Shown: in pieces, positions 26,396 through 32,000 of the stretch | Layout of the letters: each line of letters starts with the position of its first letter | How positions within the stretch are numbered: the first letter of the stretch is position 1 | Source: Acaryochloris marina MBIC11017 | GTDB taxonomy: Bacteria > Cyanobacteriota > Cyanobacteriia > Thermosynechococcales > Thermosynechococcaceae | Reading direction: 5' to 3' | NCBI RefSeq assembly: GCF_000018105.1 | Contig: NC_009925.1 | Coordinates: 1,980,001 to 2,012,000, forward strand | DNA length: 32,000 nucleotides | Notes under the pieces: model-generated | The model's input: only the letters and a program-made list of their open reading frames with translations | What the model was told of the DNA's origin: nothing | Databases searched by the model: none | Position numbers and translations under genes: made by a program

Positions 26396-27337
26396 TCACA
26401 ACCAGGGACGACTAGCTTCTTCTAAAGCAGTCACCTCTTCAGGCGTTAAGGACCATCCCAAAGTCCCCGCATTTTCTATGGCTTGCTGTGCCGTTTTCGC
26501 CCCTGGAATGGGAATAACACCTTCTTGAGCAATCAACCAATTCAGCGCTACTTGCGCCATCGTTTTGTCATGGGCTTCCGCAAATTGACGCAGCAAGTTA
26601 GTAACTGGAGCCACTTTTCGTAATCCCTCAGGTTTAAAGCGCTGATCGGCTTTGCGAGCACCTGTCGGGAGCTGTTCAGGCGTATATTTACCCGTTAGTA
26701 ACCCCTGGGCTAGGGGGCTATAGGCCAAGATGGTGACCCCTAATTCTCTGGCCTTAGCTATCAATCCTTGACTCTCCACTTGGCGAGTAATCAGAGAATA
26801 TCGCACCTGGTTCACGGCGAGAGACACCCCTTGCTCGGCCAATAAAGCATGAGCTGTATGCATTTGCTTAGCACTGTAGTTGCTTACACCAACGGTTTTA
26901 ATCAGCCCTTGATTAACCGCCTTCGCCAGGGCTCGAAATAGAGTCTCATAACTCATAAAGAAATTGAAAGGCCAATGAACCTGGTATAAATCAATCACAT
27001 CTACCTGCAATCGTTTCAGACTGTCTTGAACCGCCTGAAGAACTGCGTCTTCACCCAAACGCCAAGGAACCGGACCATATTTAGTCGCCAAACAAACTGG
27101 ACGCTGACAGTCCCGACAGAACTGACCTAACAGTCGCTCAGACTCACCCCATCCATAAATTTCAGCTGTATCAAACAAGGTAATTCCAGCCTGAACCGCA
27201 GATTGAAACGCATCAGCAACTTCAGCCTCACCATACTGATCGCCATAGCCCCAAAAGATCCGATCGCCCCATGACCATGTGCCAATGCCCACAGCTGACA
27301 CCAGAGGCCCACTAGGGCCAAGTTGTTTCGTTGTCAT
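26396..27337 (-). CDS. Aldo/keto reductase
   Basis: 313 aa. Motifs are GIGTWSWG, FDTAEIYG, IDLYQVHWP, GVSNYS and IPIPGAKT. Confidence 0.9.
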   Translation of the reverse strand: MTTKQLGPSGPLVSAVGIGTWSWGDRIFWGYGDQYGEAEVADAFQSAVQAGITLFDTAEIYGWGESERLLGQFCRDCQRPVCLATKYGPVPWRLGEDAVLQAVQDSLKRLQVDVIDLYQVHWPFNFFMSYETLFRALAKAVNQGLIKTVGVSNYSAKQMHTAHALLAEQGVSLAVNQVRYSLITRQVESQGLIAKARELGVTILAYSPLAQGLLTGKYTPEQLPTGARKADQRFKPEGLRKVAPVTNLLRQFAEAHDKTMAQVALNWLIAQEGVIPIPGAKTAQQAIENAGTLGWSLTPEEVTALEEASRPWL

Positions 27338-27788
27338 TGATAAACACTTCTTAATATTTCTACTTCTAGTTTAATAAAAACCACTTTAGATAGGAGTACT
27401 TTACCGGCTTCATCAACAGGAATCTCCAGCCGTAAGTAGGGCCTAGATTTAACTTTTTATTACTAATACTCAGATGAAGGCAACTATTTTAGATTATTTT
27501 CTTCATGCGCGAGGAAAATAGCTATAAAGCAATGAAAATCATATATAGCAAAGACTATAGACCATAAGCGAGAAGACAATACCAACTAAGATCCAAAGGC
27601 TTTATTAAGACTTTATCGCTTCGGGCAATGAAGGACTATGGTAAGGCTGAAATAGTCTGTTATAAATAGTCAGCATTAGCAAACAAAATATGTTTGCTTT
27701 GTACATATAAATGGCATAACGAAATTTTTCTTGAACCAGGTTCCAAATGGTTCCCTATTGCAGATATTGAACTTAGAGCTAGAAATCA

Positions 27789-29417
27789 ATGGATGCCTTC
27801 TTAAATATATTCACCAACCCGTTGGTGACATCAGTTAACACGAGCAGCCTCATATTAGGTCAAGCTGCTTCTAACCCCTTGGACACAATCACAAATGGGG
27901 TGAGTCAATCACTGCCTGCAATCATTGGGGCAGCCGCTTTTCTGATTATTGGTGTCATCGTCGCCTATTTCGTTAAGTGGTTTGTGCAAGCCCTTCTGTC
28001 CAAAACAGATATCGATAACCGTATCGCCCGCTGGTTATCGGGTTCTGGTGACTCACGTGTGGCGGCCAACGTTGAGAAACTGATTGGATCGATCGTTTTT
28101 TGGATCGTCGTCCTCATTGCAGTGGTCGGCGCTCTAGATTCCTTAAAACTCGAAAATATCTCTGCCCCTCTTAATAACCTCCTCAGTAAAGTCTTGGGGT
28201 ATCTCCCCCAAATTGGAGGAGCCATCGCTTTGATGGGAGTGGCATGGATTATCGCCACACTGGTCAAGATGGTTGTGATCAGGGTCCTACAATCCTTATC
28301 AATTGATGAGCGATTAAGTGCAGCATCTGGTCCGGAAGATGCCAGTGGACAGCAGCCTATCTCCATCAGCGAAACCCTAGGCAACACCATTTACTGGTTT
28401 ATCTTCCTGCTGTTCCTCCTCCCCATTTTAGAAACCCTAAAATTGCAAGGGCCATTACAGCCTGTACAGGCAATGGTTCAAGACATTTTGGAAGTTTTAC
28501 CTAATGTCTTGGGTGCTGTTCTGATTGGCGTAGCTGGCTGGTTTGTAGCCCGTATTGTTCGCATGATCGTTACCAATTTGCTAACAGCGAGCGGGGCCGA
28601 TCGATGGGGGCAACAACTCGGTTTAACGCAAGCCATTGGTGGTCAGAGCCTCTCTACTTTGGCAGGCAGCGTTGTATACGTCTTTATCCTCATCCCATTC
28701 GCAATTTCTGCCTTTCAAGCTTTAGGGATTGCGGCTATTTCTGAACCTGCCGTTGAAATGTTGCGGGATGTCCTGAGAACAATCCCTCGCATCTTCACAG
28801 CTGCCGTCATTTTGGGTGTGGCTTACATCCTTGGAAAAATTGTGGGCGACTTGGTTTCTGGTTTGCTCGCCAATTTTGGATTCAACAATATCTTTCAAAT
28901 TTTGGGACTCCAAGCAGCCCAAGAACCCACAGATAGCATTTCTGAAGATGGCCCCATCAACACGTCTTCTGGTAAAACTCCCTCTGAGATCGCTGGAATC
29001 GTCGTTTTGGTCGGCACCATCTTAGTCTTCTTAATCCCTGCCACGGATGTTCTTCAATTCCAACCCCTAACTGGCGTTATTACTGAACTCCTCAGGATTT
29101 TGGCCCAAGTTCTAGTCGGGGTATTGGTGTTTGGAATTGGTCTCTACCTGGCCAATATGACCTTCAATATTGTCTCCAGCTCTGGCGGAGCCCAAGCTCG
29201 CATGGTCGCTCAAGCGGCCCGAGTCGCCATTATCGCTTTAGTGTCCGCAATGGCTCTACAACAAATGGGCATTGCCACGAATATTGTCAACCTAGCCTTC
29301 GGTCTCCTATTGGGTGCCATTGCAGTTGCCTTAGCACTGGCATTTGGCTTTGGCGGTATGGACATCGCTGGGGAACAAGTGCGTAAATGGCTGAATAATT
29401 TCGAATCACGGCGCTAA
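27789..29417 (+). CDS. Polytopic membrane protein built from tandem conserved-TM-helix (MscS-associated TM_helix type) two-helix modules
   Basis: 542 aa. About five repeats of a roughly 100-aa unit: a helix of the type LP.I.GA...L..G...A..V...V, a short polar linker, then a second helix ending near L..L.L. No MscS beta-domain is visible. Confidence 0.75.
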   Translation: MDAFLNIFTNPLVTSVNTSSLILGQAASNPLDTITNGVSQSLPAIIGAAAFLIIGVIVAYFVKWFVQALLSKTDIDNRIARWLSGSGDSRVAANVEKLIGSIVFWIVVLIAVVGALDSLKLENISAPLNNLLSKVLGYLPQIGGAIALMGVAWIIATLVKMVVIRVLQSLSIDERLSAASGPEDASGQQPISISETLGNTIYWFIFLLFLLPILETLKLQGPLQPVQAMVQDILEVLPNVLGAVLIGVAGWFVARIVRMIVTNLLTASGADRWGQQLGLTQAIGGQSLSTLAGSVVYVFILIPFAISAFQALGIAAISEPAVEMLRDVLRTIPRIFTAAVILGVAYILGKIVGDLVSGLLANFGFNNIFQILGLQAAQEPTDSISEDGPINTSSGKTPSEIAGIVVLVGTILVFLIPATDVLQFQPLTGVITELLRILAQVLVGVLVFGIGLYLANMTFNIVSSSGGAQARMVAQAARVAIIALVSAMALQQMGIATNIVNLAFGLLLGAIAVALALAFGFGGMDIAGEQVRKWLNNFESRR

Positions 29418-29438
29418 ACCGTAAATTTAGTCATCCCA

Positions 29439-29487
29439 ACATCTACAAAAGCCCCGCTGAGTTAATCAGCGGGGCTTTTGTAGATGT
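29439..29487. terminator. Bidirectional intrinsic terminator between convergent genes
   Basis: ACATCTACAAAAGCCCCGCTGA (29439-29460), loop GTTAA, TCAGCGGGGCTTTTGTAGATGT (29466-29487). This is a 22-bp perfect stem whose GC-rich core GCCCCGCTGA/TCAGCGGGGC is flanked by A4 and T4. Confidence 0.75.
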
Positions 29488-29498
29488 CAATATCTATG

Positions 29499-30890
29499 CT
29501 AAAACTCAGCATTCAAGGGGGTACGAGGGAACGGAATCACATCTCGAATGTTCGCCATCCCCGTCATAAACTGAACCAATCGTTCAAAACCCAGCCCAAA
29601 GCCCGCATGGGGAACCGTGCCATAACGGCGAAGATCGAGATACCACCAATAATCTTCTAAGGGCAGCCCTTGAGCGACAATTCGTTGCTCCAATAGATCC
29701 AAACGCTCCTCTCGTTGAGAGCCACCGATAATCTCGCCAATTTTAGGGACCAGAACATCCATGGCGGCGACTGTTTTATCGTCATCATTCATCCGCATAT
29801 AGAACGCTTTGATCTGTTTGGGGTAATCCGTAACAATAACTGGCTTTTTGAACAGTTCTTCGGATAAATAGCGCTCATGCTCAGACTGTAAATCCAACCC
29901 CCATTCCACAGGGAACTCAAACTTGCGGCTGGCTTTCTCTAGCTGATTCACGGCCTCGGTATAGGTAATCCGCTCAAACTCACTGTTGATAATTGTGTCA
30001 GCCGTCTCTAAAACAGATTTATCAATTCGCAGATTGAAAAATTCAAAATCTTCAGGACACTGCTCTAATACCGATTTAAAAACATGTTTGAGAAAGGCTT
30101 CTGCCAGATCCATATCCCCCTGTAAATCACAGAATGCAACCTCTGGTTCCACCATCCAAAATTCTGCTAGGTGCCTTGAAGTATTGGAATTTTCTGCTCT
30201 AAAGGTCGGACCAAAAGTATAAACATTACAGAAGGCAGAGGCCATAATCTCTCCTTCTAACTGTCCGCTCACCGTCAAATAGGTCGGTTTGCCAAAAAAG
30301 TCTTGACTGTAGTCAACCGTTTGATCTTCCGATAGGGGAACATCCTGAAGATTTAAGCTGGTGACCGCTAATTGCTCTCCTGCCCCCTCACAGTCACTAG
30401 CCGTGATGATAGGTGTGTGAATCCACATAAAGTCCCGGTCTTGGAAAAATTGATGAATGGCCTGGGAACAGGCATTACGGATTCTGAAAACTGAACCCAA
30501 GGTATTGGTGCGCGATCTCAAATGGGCAATCGTCCGTAAAAACTCAAAAGAATGTCGCTTTTTCTGGAGTGGATAGGTCTCTAAATCCGCTGTTCCCCAC
30601 ACTTGCACCGCCTTGGCGACTAGCTCAACACGCTGATTTTTTCCTTGAGATGCCACCAACTCGCCCTCAATAGATACAGAGGATCCAGTATTTAATAATT
30701 TGAGGGTTTGCTCATACTCTGGCAGGTTTTGGTTGACAACCACTTGCAGTCCCTGTAGCGATGACCCATCGTTCACATCTAGGAATGCAAACTCTTTTAG
30801 CTCTCGTTTTGTACGAACCCAACCTTGCACTTTAATGCTTTCGCCCGGTGTCCCATGACGAAGTAACTCAATAATCCGTCTAATTTCCAT
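29499..30890 (-). CDS. asnS: Asparagine--tRNA ligase
   Basis: 463 aa. The N-terminal OB domain is [39 protein letters not shown] and class II motifs ([28 protein letters not shown]) match AsnRS. Confidence 0.95.
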   Translation of the reverse strand: MEIRRIIELLRHGTPGESIKVQGWVRTKRELKEFAFLDVNDGSSLQGLQVVVNQNLPEYEQTLKLLNTGSSVSIEGELVASQGKNQRVELVAKAVQVWGTADLETYPLQKKRHSFEFLRTIAHLRSRTNTLGSVFRIRNACSQAIHQFFQDRDFMWIHTPIITASDCEGAGEQLAVTSLNLQDVPLSEDQTVDYSQDFFGKPTYLTVSGQLEGEIMASAFCNVYTFGPTFRAENSNTSRHLAEFWMVEPEVAFCDLQGDMDLAEAFLKHVFKSVLEQCPEDFEFFNLRIDKSVLETADTIINSEFERITYTEAVNQLEKASRKFEFPVEWGLDLQSEHERYLSEELFKKPVIVTDYPKQIKAFYMRMNDDDKTVAAMDVLVPKIGEIIGGSQREERLDLLEQRIVAQGLPLEDYWWYLDLRRYGTVPHAGFGLGFERLVQFMTGMANIRDVIPFPRTPLNAEF

Positions 30891-30977
30891 GCAGAAATGC
30901 CACTTTTTTTATTACCAACACTGTCATCAGTCTAATCTGCGAATACTGTGGTCGGTATACTGGCACAAACTTCAATC

Positions 30978-31005
30978 AATCTATATTTCTAGGGATTATT
31001 GTCAA
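30978..31005 (-). promoter_or_regulatory. Candidate sigma70-type promoter for asnS
   Basis: On the minus strand: TTGACA (31005-31000), a 16-nt spacer, then TAGATT (30983-30978), about 90 nt upstream of the asnS start. The -35 element is half of the palindrome TTGTCAAcTTGACAA. Confidence 0.25.
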
Positions 31006-31160
31006 CTTGACAAATCAATAAAATTGCCAGAACAACTGTCTCTATGTCACATTAGTGACTACTAGAAACATACCGACCTGCACAACGTCTCCAGATAAAC
31101 AATCGTTTATAATAATTGTTTTCTTCTAGGTATATAAATTAACTAGGGTTTTAACTAACT

Positions 31161-32000
31161 ATGATTAGGCCTCTTCACTCTGCAGCTCTGATTGCTATTG
31201 CAGCCTCGATAACCCCCATGTCTGCCGTAGCTCAAGTATCAACCTCAGAAGCCAACCAAACTTCTGAAGTTTTAACCGTTGCTCAAAATGCTGTAACCCC
31301 TAACCGTAATGCCCTAGCTAATCAGCAAGCTTATGTATTAGGACCTGGAGATGAAATCCAGCTCACAATGTTTGGGCAGCCTGAACTGTTTACCACTAAC
31401 TACCGGGTGTTAGTAGATGGGACGGTCAGCCTACCCTTAATCGGTCGGGTTCCGGTCGTCGGTCGCTCGATTGGCCAGGCTGAACGAGAAATATCTTTGC
31501 GCTACACACGCTTGTATCGACGCCCTTACGTCACCATGGTTTTGGTGAGAGCAAGAACAGTCACCCTAGCCGTAACAGGTGAAGTTAGACGGCCTGGGAC
31601 TTACCCAGTGGAATCGCCTAATCAAATCCCTACTGTGACCCAGCTGATTCAGTTAGCAGGTGGTGCATCACAATCTGCCGATTTAAGTAACGTCATTGTT
31701 AGACGCCCTCAATTGAATGGATCCGTACAGAACATCCCAGTAGATTTACTCAGGCTACTCCAGGAAGGTGACTTAAGCCAGAATCTAGAGTTACGTGATA
31801 AAGATACCGTTGTCATCAATGCCACTACAGAAATAGATAGACGGAACTCCTTACTGGTCAGTAATGCCAGCTTTTCCGCAGATCGGTCTGAGCCGATCAA
31901 TATAGCCATAGTGGGTGAGGTGTATCGTCCCGGTCCTCATACCATACGACCAGGTAGTGCTGACGTTAGAGATGCAGGAACCCTTGGAAATTCCAGGGCA
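31161..32000 (+). CDS. Polysaccharide export protein (Wza/Poly_export + SLBB type), 5' part; continues beyond the window
   Basis: ATG 31161 opens a frame that is uninterrupted for 280 codons to the window end. My translation is MIRPLHSAALIAIAASITPMSAVAQ... (signal peptide), then YVLGPGDEIQLTMFGQPEL...YRVLVDGTVSLPLIGRVPVVGRSIGQAEREISLRY and TVTLAVTGEVRRPGTYPV...TVTQLIQLAGG. These are typical Poly_export/SLBB motifs. It is absent from the ORF track because there is no stop in the window. Confidence 0.85.
   Translation, partial: MIRPLHSAALIAIAASITPMSAVAQVSTSEANQTSEVLTVAQNAVTPNRNALANQQAYVLGPGDEIQLTMFGQPELFTTNYRVLVDGTVSLPLIGRVPVVGRSIGQAEREISLRYTRLYRRPYVTMVLVRARTVTLAVTGEVRRPGTYPVESPNQIPTVTQLIQLAGGASQSADLSNVIVRRPQLNGSVQNIPVDLLRLLQEGDLSQNLELRDKDTVVINATTEIDRRNSLLVSNASFSADRSEPINIAIVGEVYRPGPHTIRPGSADVRDAGTLGNSRA

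Noticed and set aside
1-32000. tRNA, rRNA, tmRNA, RNase P or CRISPR features
   Set aside because: I scanned intergenic regions for T-loop-like GGTTCGAATCC-type motifs and for regularly spaced direct repeats and found none. All long non-coding stretches (19209-19523, 24451-24783, 27338-27788, 30891-31160) lack recognisable RNA-gene signatures by eye.

Overview
This looks like a cyanobacterial chromosomal segment. I found at least 11 perfect HIP1 octamers (GCGATCGC), plus DUF29, Uma2, pentapeptide-repeat and CrtD-type genes. I support about 36 protein-coding genes and recognised no rRNA, tRNA, CRISPR array, transposase or integrase. Most genes are ordinary housekeeping or accessory metabolism: proA, asnS, murQ, cbiX, an aldo-keto reductase, HAD, GNAT, GT1, a SAM-methyltransferase, BI-1/YccA, an OppC-type permease, a BlaI/BlaR1-like pair, an ATL protein, and a Wza-like exporter cut by the 3' edge. 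Four things deserve a second look. (1) 7357-9619 is a tightly coupled three-gene operon: a His-rich periplasmic protein, a DsbD_2 domain fused to an MsrQ/ferric-reductase-like heme-b domain, and a membrane-anchored secreted protein with a predicted N-terminal His. It is a candidate uncharacterised periplasmic metal/redox system. Its central gene appears split by a 1-nt frameshift that removes the HCxGMCGP motif. (2) 3311-6516 is a co-directional array of six small unrelated ORFs of unknown function with patchy low GC. One has an EF-Tu domain-III-like signature and one a YfbM/DUF1877-like C-terminus. The array resembles an orphan immunity or defence-type gene array. (3) A perfect 15-bp inverted repeat covers the putative -10 element and the Shine-Dalgarno of an adjacent orphan macro-domain gene that starts with TTG. 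(4) 15623-17222 is an overlapping operon of unknown-function genes. All functional calls come from motif recognition by eye; no database searches were run.
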